Shown here piece after piece: positions 39,343 through 48,245 of a stretch of DNA of 51,245 bases. The translations under genes and the position numbers were made by a program. Below the pieces are notes generated by a model, which was not told the origin of the DNA, made no database searches, and worked only from the letters and a program-made list of their open reading frames with translations. The DNA is taken from NCBI GenBank assembly GCA_014729555.1, contig WJJT01000054.1:1-51245 (forward strand). Direction: 5' to 3'. The number at the start of each line of letters is the position of its first letter. Positions within the stretch are counted from its first letter, which is position 1. The DNA is from Candidatus Woesearchaeota archaeon (lineage in GTDB: Archaea; Nanobdellota; Nanobdellia; Woesearchaeales; ARS49).

Positions 39343-40112
39343 TTTATCCTGTAACTCACACTAACAGTAGCTGAAATCCTGACCTGCTCTGGCTCAATAG
39401 GAGGCGCTGGTTCAGGAGCTCTGCCAGCCTTCATGGCCATTGATTCCATATCTGCCCTGAAAACAGGACCATAATTAAATGAAGCCTCCTGCACAGCAAG
39501 CAGCTCTCCAAGGCCCACACCAAGGCCGTCAGCCATTGTCTGAGCCTTTATCTTTGCATTATTAGCAGCATCCTGCAAGGCAACCTTTCTCACTTCCTGC
39601 TTCTGCTTTTCACTCAAGCCAAAATTAACACTCTCAACACCAGTAGCACCAGCATCAACAGCGACCTGGACAAAATCACCAACCTTGTCCAAATCAGCAG
39701 TCTTGACCTTTAAAGTGTGATAAACCCTAAAACCCAGCTCTTTCTGCCTGTGCTCATCAGGATCCCACTCTGTCCAGGGATACAAATTATACCGGTCTGT
39801 CTCAATATCTTTTGAAGCAATACCTGCTCTTTTCAAAGCAGACTGGACAGAGGCCATAATCCTTGAATTCTCATCCTGCGCCTCCTGCGCAGTCTTTGCC
39901 TTTGTCTCAACCTTAATCCTTACAGTAGCCTCATCAGGCATAACAGACAACTCTGCATCACCAGAAGCAGTTATCTTAGGTATGCCTTCTCCACCAGGAC
40001 CAGCCTGAGTAATCGTTATAGGCCTCTGGTACTGGGTGTAAACCAAAGCGAATGTTGCCAAAACAATCAACAACAAGGCAATCCCAAAAAACGAATGTGT
40101 TTTTTCCTTCAT
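39339..40112 (-). CDS. SIMPL domain (DUF541) protein
   Basis: N-terminal TM; ITASGDAELSVMPD, DAGAT, AxxKAxxMA, V.ISATVSV.Y. Confidence 0.88.
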   Translation of the reverse strand: MKEKTHSFFGIALLLIVLATFALVYTQYQRPITITQAGPGGEGIPKITASGDAELSVMPDEATVRIKVETKAKTAQEAQDENSRIMASVQSALKRAGIASKDIETDRYNLYPWTEWDPDEHRQKELGFRVYHTLKVKTADLDKVGDFVQVAVDAGATGVESVNFGLSEKQKQEVRKVALQDAANNAKIKAQTMADGLGVGLGELLAVQEASFNYGPVFRADMESMAMKAGRAPEPAPPIEPEQVRISATVSVSYRIK

Positions 40113-40169
40113 AAATATCAATCCTCCAATGCTTGATAATAACATAGAAATAACTGATATATAAATACC

Positions 40170-40787
40170 CTACTTTTTATTAAGGGATTTGCCTAACTTA
40201 CTTTTCTTATAGAAATAAACTGCAAGTATCAATAATATAATTGTCAGCACAGCAAAAACAATCAAGACATAAGGCGGCTGCGACACTGCAGCTGCAACTG
40301 TTTGATTAGTCACCTCAGGAGCTGCTGTTGGAACAGCATTCAGGGCAACTGCCTCTTCAGCAGAATCAACTGCAACCTCTGCAGCAGCCTGCTTTGCAGC
40401 AAGCATCCTTGTCGGCTCAGCACCCCCAAACACAGCAGCTCTTCCTGCAAAATAATTCCGAGCAGCAATAATCGTGCCTGCAACAGAAGCCAGGAAAAAT
40501 CCCAAAACAATCCACAATCTTTTTCTCTCAGGATCAAGAACACACTTTGCCTTTTCTGTCAAAGAATAATAAATCCACTTCCTGCCCTCTTCATTTCTTT
40601 TAACTAAACCAGTTTTTTCCAAAGCACCCAAGTGTTCTTTAACCGTCGGAACAGACATGTCAAGAACAGCAGACAACTCAGATTGAGTGTGCCTTCTTTT
40701 ATCCAAAGTCTTCAATATCTTAACCCTTGTTCCAGTAGCCAGTGCCTTGAAAGTGTCCTGATCCAAAACAATCTTAGCCTCATCCAT
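40170..40787 (-). CDS. Membrane-anchored ArsR-like winged-HTH regulator
   Basis: FKALATGTRVKIL...TVKEHLGALEKTGLV...WIYYSLT followed by two TM helices. Confidence 0.85.
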   Translation of the reverse strand: MDEAKIVLDQDTFKALATGTRVKILKTLDKRRHTQSELSAVLDMSVPTVKEHLGALEKTGLVKRNEEGRKWIYYSLTEKAKCVLDPERKRLWIVLGFFLASVAGTIIAARNYFAGRAAVFGGAEPTRMLAAKQAAAEVAVDSAEEAVALNAVPTAAPEVTNQTVAAAVSQPPYVLIVFAVLTIILLILAVYFYKKSKLGKSLNKK

Positions 40788-40855
40788 AACTGAAAATAAA
40801 ACCACTGTCATTTATTAAGCTTAGGATTTGTTAAGGCAAAAAGCTAAAAGGAAGC

Positions 40856-40941
40856 GAACAAGAGGGAACCTCGTATTTTGCGAGAAGAAGACTATCGTCT
40901 CGACTTTGGCTGGTGGGAGAACAAGGCACGCCCTCTTGTCC
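40856..40941 (-). ncRNA. Candidate structured RNA (multi-stem)
   Basis: On the minus strand: GGACAAGAGGG/CCCTCTTGTTC, CCTTG/CGAGG, CGAGA/TCTCG, then a T-rich tract; TATA-like TTTAAATA near 41015-41022. Confidence 0.45.
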
Positions 40942-41099
40942 GTAAGAAGAAAATGATATTTTTATCAAATCTCGCAATATTCCACCCCTTTTTAATACAA
41001 AAACAACAAAGTAGTATTTAAACATTGTTTTTCACTCCAGACTAAAAACGAAAAGTTTTTATATACACATTATAAAGAAATACCTAAAGAGGTGAAACC

Positions 41100-41438
41100 T
41101 TGGACAACAGGCAAAGCATAATAATTCTAATAGCATTGGTACTAGTTGTTGCTGTTTCTGGATTTATCCTAAAAACAAGCGTTACAGGACAATACGTGTG
41201 CGCAGGAGGATGCCAGCAAGGGGTAGGAACTATACAATACAGTTATCCAGCAGAGGCCTGTGAACATGTACCATGCCAAAACGGACACGCAATATTCAGC
41301 ACAACAGTGGGAGGAATGAGCCCATGGCAGACACAACAACAACTGGCAGAGTGCTACTGCCCTGAAAAACCAGAACAAAAAATATACATACCAATGGTTC
41401 ACAAAAGGCCTCAAAAAGGTATGTACATCTATGATTAA
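41100..41438 (+). CDS. Small membrane-anchored Cys-rich protein (paralog 1)
   Basis: GAGGTG RBS, TTG start; TM, VTG, Cx4C...CxCP. Confidence 0.7.
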   Translation: MDNRQSIIILIALVLVVAVSGFILKTSVTGQYVCAGGCQQGVGTIQYSYPAEACEHVPCQNGHAIFSTTVGGMSPWQTQQQLAECYCPEKPEQKIYIPMVHKRPQKGMYIYD

Positions 41439-41742
41439 AATGGAAACACAACCCTTAATTTCAATAACCCTGATTGCAGTCATTGCAATCGCAGGAATGA
41501 TACTTTTTGTAAACAGCGAAACAACAGGCATGATTTCTGGGCAGCAAAAAATACCATATGCATATGTATACGGAAAACAAGCAAACACAAACCTGTGTGC
41601 GCTGATGGACTGCCCAAACGGGGCGCATGGAATGCCAGTAGGCGTGGAAAGATACACAAACAAGGTATACTGTGTATGCCCCACAGAACCAATACCATAT
41701 TATGAAATGCCTGGCTATGTAAAAGCAGGTGAGCCGCAGTGA
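41431..41742 (+). CDS. Small membrane-anchored Cys-rich protein (paralog 2)
   Basis: TM, TTG motif, Cx4C...CxCP. Confidence 0.7.
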   Translation: MIKMETQPLISITLIAVIAIAGMILFVNSETTGMISGQQKIPYAYVYGKQANTNLCALMDCPNGAHGMPVGVERYTNKVYCVCPTEPIPYYEMPGYVKAGEPQ

Positions 41743-42029
41743 ACTCAAAAATAGCATTAATAATCCTGCTAATTGTTGCAATAATAGCAGCAGCAGGCCT
41801 GTTTCTGTTCTACAAAAGCACAACAGGAGCAGCAACATACCAGCAATTAATACACAGAAACCCAGAAGTCTTTTTGCCGAAGTATGATGTCTGCGCAAGA
41901 GGGCCGTGCGGAGCACAAGCAAGACAGATAGGGGAGATACAGCCAGAAGAAAATCCTGTCACAAAAACAGCAATATGCCAGTGCCCTAATGGAAAGACAT
42001 ACCAGACAGACTTCAGAAACCCTTACTAA
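41739..42029 (+). CDS. Small membrane-anchored Cys-rich protein (paralog 3)
   Basis: TM, TTG motif, Cx4C...CxCP. Confidence 0.7.
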   Translation: MNSKIALIILLIVAIIAAAGLFLFYKSTTGAATYQQLIHRNPEVFLPKYDVCARGPCGAQARQIGEIQPEENPVTKTAICQCPNGKTYQTDFRNPY

Positions 42030-42030
42030 A

Positions 42031-42348
42031 ATGAACCGCGAACAAAGAAGACTTGCATTTATTATACTGGATGTTGTAGCAATAATCGCGATACTTGGAA
42101 TAGTGCTATTAGACGACATATCAAGAGGATATGAAAAAAGCGAATTCCAGAAACTTCTGACAGGAAAGGCACACTTTGACGAAGGAACAGCCTGCGATGC
42201 AGTAAAATGCAGAACAATAACAGAACCAGCACAATTCCTCGGCAAAGACCAGAAAGGATACTCAATATGCAAATGCCCTGACAGGATGCTATACTCTATA
42301 ACCAGTTTTTACAGCCAGCCGCCCGAAACTGATATAAACCAACCCTAA
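42031..42348 (+). CDS. Small membrane-anchored Cys-rich protein (paralog 4)
   Basis: TM, LTG, Cx4C...CxCP. Confidence 0.7.
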   Translation: MNREQRRLAFIILDVVAIIAILGIVLLDDISRGYEKSEFQKLLTGKAHFDEGTACDAVKCRTITEPAQFLGKDQKGYSICKCPDRMLYSITSFYSQPPETDINQP

Positions 42349-42361
42349 TTCTAATAAGAGC

Positions 42362-43018
42362 ATGCTTAAAGAAATGCCTGAAAAAGCACTCCAGGTGCTA
42401 AAGAAGGAGAACATAAAAGAACTAAGACCTGCACAGGAAAAAGCAATAAAAGCAGGACTGTTCAAGGGAAAAAACCTTCTAGTGTGCACGCCAACAGCAT
42501 CAGGAAAAACACTGATAGCAGAGATGGCGGCAGCAAAAAACATATTAGAGGGCAGGGGAAAAGCAATATACATTGTCCCATTAGTTGCGCTTGCCTCTGA
42601 AAAACACAAGGAATTCAAAAGAAAGTACAGGGATTTGTTCAACATTGCGTTATCAATAGGAGATTATGACAGCTCTGACAAGCATTTAATTGATGCAGAC
42701 CTGATAATATGCACTGCTGAAAAACTAGACAGCCTGATAAGGCACCACACGCCCTGGCTCAAGTTTGTAAGCCTTGTTGTAATTGATGAGATTCATCTGA
42801 TGAATGACGTAAGCAGGGGGCCAACACTAGAGATAATCATAACAGTACTGAAAAAACTCCTGCCAAAAGTGCAAATCATCGGCTTGTCAGCAACAATAGG
42901 CAATCCCTATGAACTGGCAGAATGGCTCAATGCAGAATTAGTCCTTGATACCTGGAGGCCTGTGCCGCTCAAAAAAGGAGTTTACCTGCAGGGAGAAATA
43001 GAATTTGAAAAAGAATAA
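42362..43018 (+). CDS. Hel308/Ski2-like helicase, N-terminal RecA domain only
   Basis: Q motif, PTASGKT, PLVALA, DEIH, LSAT and WRPVPL; stops at 218 aa. Confidence 0.85.
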   Translation: MLKEMPEKALQVLKKENIKELRPAQEKAIKAGLFKGKNLLVCTPTASGKTLIAEMAAAKNILEGRGKAIYIVPLVALASEKHKEFKRKYRDLFNIALSIGDYDSSDKHLIDADLIICTAEKLDSLIRHHTPWLKFVSLVVIDEIHLMNDVSRGPTLEIIITVLKKLLPKVQIIGLSATIGNPYELAEWLNAELVLDTWRPVPLKKGVYLQGEIEFEKE

Positions 43019-43024
43019 AAAAAA

Positions 43025-43345
43025 TTAAATCTTAATCTTCTTAGCATACCTGCCAATAATAGGCAATGGCTTTTCCTTTCCTGTCAAGGCATGGATTATA
43101 CCAATGATGGTCATTATCAACATCAAGACCCACCACACCGGCAAAAGGCCCCATCCAAGGAACGGAATGAACACAAGAATTGCCCAACCAATCATGTACA
43201 CAATAAACAAAACAAGAGACTGCTTTGCGTGGTACATAGCAAACTTGTTGTCTTTTTTTGCCAAAATCACAATCAAGAAACCGATTATGCTAAGCAAATA
43301 CGCCAGAAACGCAAATATCTTGCCTTCTTCTATGTCTTTAGTCAT
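43025..43345 (-). CDS. DUF4870/Tic20-like membrane protein
   Basis: AFLAYL, FAMYHAKQS, PLPIIG. Confidence 0.8.
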   Translation of the reverse strand: MTKDIEEGKIFAFLAYLLSIIGFLIVILAKKDNKFAMYHAKQSLVLFIVYMIGWAILVFIPFLGWGLLPVWWVLMLIMTIIGIIHALTGKEKPLPIIGRYAKKIKI

Positions 43346-43454
43346 TTATATTACCCCCTTTGGTTAATACAGAGAATTCTGAATCAATCATTTATAAACT
43401 TTACTAAAATCACCATATTGATTTTAGAACCTGCCAAAAAAAAGTTTTGCCAGG

Positions 43455-45083
43455 TTACGAAAACAAAGAGTCTAGAATCTTATCTCTATCAAAAGGCTCT
43501 AAATCATCATACTCCTGCCCCACACCCATGTACAGAATCGGCTTCTTTGTGACATAACTGACAGAGATAGCAGCACCGCCTTTTTCATCAACATCAGCCT
43601 TAGAAAGAATAATACCATCAACCCCGACAGCCTCATCAAACTTCTGCGCCTGCTCTGTGCAGTCATTGCCAGTAATGCTCTCACCAACAAAAAGAACCAA
43701 ATCAGGCTTAGAAACCCGCACAATCTTCTTCATCTCCTCAACAAGATTATGGTCAGAGTGAAGCCTGCCTGCAGTGTCAATCAAGACAACATCCCTGTCC
43801 TTTGCCTCTGCATGCTTGACAGCATCAAAAGCAACAGCAGCAGCATCAGCACCATAATCATGCTTTATGAGCTTGACTCCTAAATTATCAGCATGCAACT
43901 GCAACTGGTCTATGGCTGCAGCCCTGAAAGTGTCTGCAGCAGCAAGAACAACAGAAGCCTTGTTTTTCAAAAACATATTAGCAACCTTAGCAATAGAGGT
44001 TGTCTTTCCAGAACCATTAATTCCAACAAAACAAATAACCAAAGGCTTTTTTTCTTTCAGCTTTGCAAACAGGTCAACCTGCTCGACATCAAACAGCCCA
44101 CTCACAGAATTTTTCAAGGAGTGAATTACAGTCTCTTCAATCTTTGCCCTTGGAACAGGCTTTTCAGTCAAATCCTTTTTTAAATCTGCCTTTATTTTCT
44201 CAATAACCTCAACTGCTACATTGTTTTCCAGCATTGCAAGCTCTAAGTCCCAGAACAAATCATCAAACTGCGATTCTGAAATTCTTTTGGTGGTAATCTT
44301 CTCAGTTATCCGCCTGAAAAAACCCTTTTTCTCATCTTTAGGAGCCTCTTCAACAGGCTTTTCTACTGGCTTAGGCTTGATTTCAGGTTTTGGTTTTGGA
44401 ACTTCTTCAGGCTTCTCAACCTTAACTTCAGGCTTAGGCTTAACTTCTTTAGGCTTTTCTTCAACTTTTGAAGCCTCTGGCTCTTCCTTAACCTCTTCAT
44501 AAATCTTAAGAATCTCTTCTGCAGGAGTTTCTTCTTTTTTCTCTTCAGGCTTTTTTTCTTCAATTATTTCAGGAATTTCTTCTTCGACTTTCTTAATCCC
44601 TTTCCTAAATTCCTCAATCTTTCTTTCTTCAACTTCTGGAAAAACAGCGCTGCGGAATCCGCAGGACTTGCACACACAATTCAAGGGGGCACCGTAACGG
44701 ACTTTAGCAGCATTATCCTTTTCTATCTCAACATCTATAGAACCGCACTTAGGACAGATTTTTACACACTGTTTCTTTTCTTCCTTAACTTCTTCAACAA
44801 CCTCTGCTTTTTTCTCAGGAACTTCTTCTTTTACTTTTTCAACTTTTTCTTCAGGCTCTTCTTCCTTAACTTCTTCCTCAGCTTTTACTTCTTCCTTGGC
44901 TTCCTCTTTTACTTCTTCTGCAGGCTTTTCCTCAGCCTTCAGCTCTTCCTTAACAGTAACTTCCTCAGGCTTTACCTCTACTTCTTTCTTGACTTCAACT
45001 TCCTCTTCAGGAGCCTCTTCCTCAACCTTCTTGGTAAACTTGTCAAGAGCCCCCTTTAGTTTCTTCTTTAGAAAGCCAAACAT
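43455..45083 (-). CDS. ftsY: SRP receptor FtsY
   Basis: MFGFLKKKL, acidic domain, GINGSGKTT, DTFRAAA, DTAGR, GVGQ. Confidence 0.96.
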   Translation of the reverse strand: MFGFLKKKLKGALDKFTKKVEEEAPEEEVEVKKEVEVKPEEVTVKEELKAEEKPAEEVKEEAKEEVKAEEEVKEEEPEEKVEKVKEEVPEKKAEVVEEVKEEKKQCVKICPKCGSIDVEIEKDNAAKVRYGAPLNCVCKSCGFRSAVFPEVEERKIEEFRKGIKKVEEEIPEIIEEKKPEEKKEETPAEEILKIYEEVKEEPEASKVEEKPKEVKPKPEVKVEKPEEVPKPKPEIKPKPVEKPVEEAPKDEKKGFFRRITEKITTKRISESQFDDLFWDLELAMLENNVAVEVIEKIKADLKKDLTEKPVPRAKIEETVIHSLKNSVSGLFDVEQVDLFAKLKEKKPLVICFVGINGSGKTTSIAKVANMFLKNKASVVLAAADTFRAAAIDQLQLHADNLGVKLIKHDYGADAAAVAFDAVKHAEAKDRDVVLIDTAGRLHSDHNLVEEMKKIVRVSKPDLVLFVGESITGNDCTEQAQKFDEAVGVDGIILSKADVDEKGGAAISVSYVTKKPILYMGVGQEYDDLEPFDRDKILDSLFS

Positions 45084-45088
45084 CGCCT

Positions 45089-45505
45089 TTATTCTCCTTT
45101 CATCAACTCTGCCTGAAGCGCCTGCATCTTATTCGCAAGCTCTGAAAACTTGCCTGTCATGTCTTTCTTGACCTTTTCCAGCTCACCTAACTGCTTCTTA
45201 AGCATCTCTTCAACCTCTGGAACAGACTTGCTGACAGTCGTATTGCTGCCAACATTAACAAGCAATTCCCTGTTATCCTGAATCTTTGCTTTTACAAAAA
45301 TACCAGAACTCAAAGGAACCAGAATATCTGAACCAGGCTCGACTTTTAAAATACTGCCAAGCGCATCTATAACAGACTCAACCTCCATAGACTGCTGCTC
45401 AACTGCATGCAATTGCTGCTGAATCTGCTTTAACTGCTGGTCAATCATCTGCATCTCCATATACTTCTGCTGCATAACCTGAGCATCTTCTTCTTTCTTA
45501 GCCAT
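45089..45505 (-). CDS. pfdA: Prefoldin alpha subunit
   Basis: Coiled coils flanking ILVPLSSGIFVKA...LLVNVGS; adjacent to ftsY. Confidence 0.92.
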   Translation of the reverse strand: MAKKEEDAQVMQQKYMEMQMIDQQLKQIQQQLHAVEQQSMEVESVIDALGSILKVEPGSDILVPLSSGIFVKAKIQDNRELLVNVGSNTTVSKSVPEVEEMLKKQLGELEKVKKDMTGKFSELANKMQALQAELMKGE

Positions 45506-45509
45506 AATA

Positions 45510-45680
45510 TCACTCCAGTTTCTTCAACAATTTCTCAAGATAATGTTTATATTCGTGTTCTCCCTTTAAAAAAGTTAGGGGCATTCCAACAAACAAGCTT
45601 TTCTGCGTCTTTTCAAAATTGGCAAGCTCATGCTTAACCATCTCTCTCAAGACCTTTTTATCATCCCTTGTCAGTGCCAT
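45510..45680 (-). CDS. Small hypothetical protein
   Basis: GAGGTGG RBS; packed within the operon. Confidence 0.55.
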   Translation of the reverse strand: MALTRDDKKVLREMVKHELANFEKTQKSLFVGMPLTFLKGEHEYKHYLEKLLKKLE

Positions 45681-46413
45681 CCTGGTCACCACCTCTTAAT
45701 TTTATATTAATCTCACCAAAATGCTTTTTCTGCTCAAGATGAATCTTGTCCTCATTGAACAAATGCAAAAGCGGAATAAACGTGTACACATGGTCATTTT
45801 TTGTCTCAGAAGGAACTAACTCGCTGAAAGCAATCTGCTCATCCTTTCTGGACTTAAACAGGCTGAGAATCTTTCCATAAATCCCCCTGATTGCCTCACT
45901 GATATCAAACTTTTTCTCAGGAACCTTGACATCAGACTCTCTTATTGAATTAAAAACACGCCTCTTCTTGACCTCAAGAGCCTGTTCAAGAGCATTCACC
46001 AGGTCATAAACAGAAACCTTTCTCTTCCTGGGCTGAGGAGTCCTTGGCATCAACTCAATACCCTCATGCAGTGCCCGCTCCTCGCCCCTCTTTAACTCAT
46101 CTGCAAGGCCGTCATAAAACTCCTCTTCATCAACATCAGTAGCAGCCAAAAGCCTGTCAAACTCATTCAAGTCCTCCCCTACTAATCTCTTGGACTTAAT
46201 CTTCAAAAGAATAGCAGCAGCAAGCAAAACCTTGCCGCTCACCTTTAAATCCATCTGCTTCAGCTCTTTCAAACGTTCAACATACTTCTGAGCAAGCAAA
46301 GAAACATTAACATTCCAGGGATCCATCTCCTCTTTTCGGATAAGGCCGTAAATAATAGACTTCCAGCTAATCTCATTCTCCTCAACAAGCATCTGAAAAA
46401 GCCTATCTTCCAT
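45661..46413 (-). CDS. scpA: Segregation and condensation protein A (kleisin)
   Basis: MDPWNVNV, LLAAAILLKIKS, R.VS..DL..AL, FIPLLHL...LEQ..HFGEI. Confidence 0.9.
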   Translation of the reverse strand: MEDRLFQMLVEENEISWKSIIYGLIRKEEMDPWNVNVSLLAQKYVERLKELKQMDLKVSGKVLLAAAILLKIKSKRLVGEDLNEFDRLLAATDVDEEEFYDGLADELKRGEERALHEGIELMPRTPQPRKRKVSVYDLVNALEQALEVKKRRVFNSIRESDVKVPEKKFDISEAIRGIYGKILSLFKSRKDEQIAFSELVPSETKNDHVYTFIPLLHLFNEDKIHLEQKKHFGEINIKLRGGDQDGTDKG

Positions 46414-46470
46414 AAAATTGACTATTGATATATAGTATATAAAACTTATCAAAAGAAAAAAGAAAAAGTT

Positions 46471-46806
46471 CTACCAGCGCAATGCAGGACAGGGCACAGG
46501 CACGCCTTCCCTAATCAAGCAAAAATTATAGCTGTACTCCCCGAAAACCTGGCCATTAACATTACAACAGACACGAGGACAGTTTGCCACCATACCGCGC
46601 AAGTCATAACAGACCTGGTCATTCTCAGCCTGAACATATGCCAACTCACCATGCAGATTCTTTACTGCACAGCAAATCTTTTTAGATTGAAGCTCGTAAA
46701 CCTCCTGCTCTCTTGAAGGCATTTGATATGCTTTTCCGCTTGTATCACAGCCAATAAGCACAGCAAGGCATGCCAAAACCATCATTAATAAAAATACTTT
46801 TTTCAT
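46471..46806 (-). CDS. Cys-rich lipoprotein (CC-repeat family, paralog C)
   Basis: Lipobox LIGC; two CC...C..xG...C units. Confidence 0.7.
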   Translation of the reverse strand: MKKVFLLMMVLACLAVLIGCDTSGKAYQMPSREQEVYELQSKKICCAVKNLHGELAYVQAENDQVCYDLRGMVANCPRVCCNVNGQVFGEYSYNFCLIREGVPVPCPALRW

Positions 46807-46819
46807 AATTACCACCTTT

Positions 46820-47182
46820 TTATCTACAAGGAACAACACGACCTCCCCTAGAACGGCAGTCATAGAAAGTAAATGATTCCACTATACTGCCCTTAATCTC
46901 TCCGCCAATCTCACAACAGGTAGGAATTGTCCCTGGCTTAGCAAGCCTTCCACCCTGCCTTAAGCAATTCTGTATCTCCTGAGGAGTTTCACAATAAAGC
47001 CTGTCACCAAGCACACAACACATATCAACAGGATAAAAAATCTCTCTCTGCTGGTACTCTGGGACATAAACCTTGTCTGTGCTTCCAGGATACCTGCCAT
47101 AAACAGCAGCACCTGACCTGCAGCCAATCACAAGCAAAGCTAAACAAACAAGAAGTGAAAGCAAAACAAATCCTCGCATCAT
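46820..47182 (-). CDS. Cys-rich lipoprotein (CC-repeat family, paralog B)
   Basis: Lipobox VIGC; two CC...C...GG units. Confidence 0.7.
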   Translation of the reverse strand: MMRGFVLLSLLVCLALLVIGCRSGAAVYGRYPGSTDKVYVPEYQQREIFYPVDMCCVLGDRLYCETPQEIQNCLRQGGRLAKPGTIPTCCEIGGEIKGSIVESFTFYDCRSRGGRVVPCR

Positions 47183-47210
47183 ATCACCTTTTTTAATAAT
47201 ATTGAATCTA

Positions 47211-47241
47211 CAGACCTTCTATTATATAAACATTACTCAAA
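47211..47241 (-). promoter_or_regulatory. Duplicated promoter, copy 1
   Basis: 31-nt exact repeat (CAGACCTTCTATTATATAAACATTACTCAAA) with a TTTATATA TATA box on the minus strand. Confidence 0.75.
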
Positions 47242-47264
47242 ATAATAAAGAAAAAAATAATTTA

Positions 47265-47741
47265 TTATCCTCCGATAACTGGGCAAGGCACTACTTGTCG
47301 TCCGAGTTTTGGTAAGATAACACAATCGCTAGCAGAGCGCCCATACAAGCTTCCACCAGCATTTTCACAACATCCAGGACAATCTACTATTTTTCCGCCA
47401 CTTTTGCCACATAAATAAGTACTAGCAACTGCAACATAGCTGCCATCTATAGACCTCGCACAACACTTTGGCGACGTAGGCACAGGTTCTGGCGACGTAG
47501 GCACAGGTTCTCTTTCATATGAGCTTGTAGTATACGCCGATTGTTGATATGATTGAGGGTATGATGGGGGGTATGATTGTTGGTACACTGGCTTTTGGGA
47601 TGGCGGCTCATATTTTGGAAAATCATAACTCTTTTTTGGCTTGTCAAACCAGCCCTTTCCAGTTTGCGGCTGCTGCTGGCAGCCGACTGCAAATAACAGT
47701 ACACAAGAAAGAACAATTGTCATTAAAAGCAATGCTCTCAT
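47265..47741 (-). CDS. Cys-rich lipoprotein (CC-repeat family, paralog A) with a Pro/Gln/Tyr linker
   Basis: Lipobox AVGC; two CC...C..xG...CP units. Confidence 0.72.
   Translation of the reverse strand: MRALLLMTIVLSCVLLFAVGCQQQPQTGKGWFDKPKKSYDFPKYEPPSQKPVYQQSYPPSYPQSYQQSAYTTSSYEREPVPTSPEPVPTSPKCCARSIDGSYVAVASTYLCGKSGGKIVDCPGCCENAGGSLYGRSASDCVILPKLGRQVVPCPVIGG
47469..47510. repeat. 21-bp perfect tandem repeat encoding EPVPTSP twice
   Basis: TGGCGACGTAGGCACAGGTTC x2. Confidence 0.9.
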
Positions 47742-47822
47742 TAAATATCACCTTTTTGTTTACCAAAAAAAGACCAGCTGAGACTTTGCTTCAGCGCTGC
47801 CTTTTTAATTCTAAAAGCTTCT

Positions 47823-47853
47823 CAGACCTTCTATTATATAAACATTACTCAAA
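47823..47853 (-). promoter_or_regulatory. Duplicated promoter, copy 2
   Basis: Identical to 47211-47241. Confidence 0.75.
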
Positions 47854-48008
47854 TTAAGCAGGGAACAGTAAACTTTTCAAACCAGCCCTTAAGAAAGGCA
47901 GAATCCTAACAAGTGCAGCACAAGGCTAGCACGTGTGAAAATGATTTGAATATTATATTCGCAATATAGCGTAAACCTTTTAAACCAATAATATTTCCTC
48001 ACACTTAC

Positions 48009-48132
48009 GGGCCCATGGTCTAGTGGTTATGACAACACCCTTACAAGTGAAAACTAAGCAAGGTGTGGATCCCCGGTTCGAACAGGCTCGAAGGATTCGC
48101 GTCCTTCAGCCACGAAAGTCCGGGTGGGCCCA
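48009..48132 (+). tRNA. tRNA-Val(TAC) with introns at 37/38 (15 nt) and 59/60 (36 nt)
   Basis: GGGCCCA/TGGGCCC-A; BHBs CTTA-CAA..TAAG-CAA (intron 48046-48060) and TTCG-AAC..CGAA-AGT (intron 48083-48118). Confidence 0.93.
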
Positions 48133-48141
48133 TTCAAATCT

Positions 48142-48212
48142 GCGCCAGTGGTTGAATGGTACAATACGACGTTGCCAACGTTGTGGTCTGGGTTCGATTC
48201 CCGGCTGGCGCA
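48142..48212 (+). tRNA. tRNA-Gly(GCC)
   Basis: GCGCCAG/CTGGCGC-A; CGACG-TTGCCAA-CGTTG; TTCGATT loop. Confidence 0.95.
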
Positions 48213-48245
48213 TATTTTATATACTTCTTGATAAATTAGCCTTTT

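Noticed and set aside
47905-47935. GTGC-AGCACAAGGCTA-GCAC, a D-arm-like remnant upstream of tRNA-Val
   Set aside because: Too short, and it does not match the downstream tRNAs.
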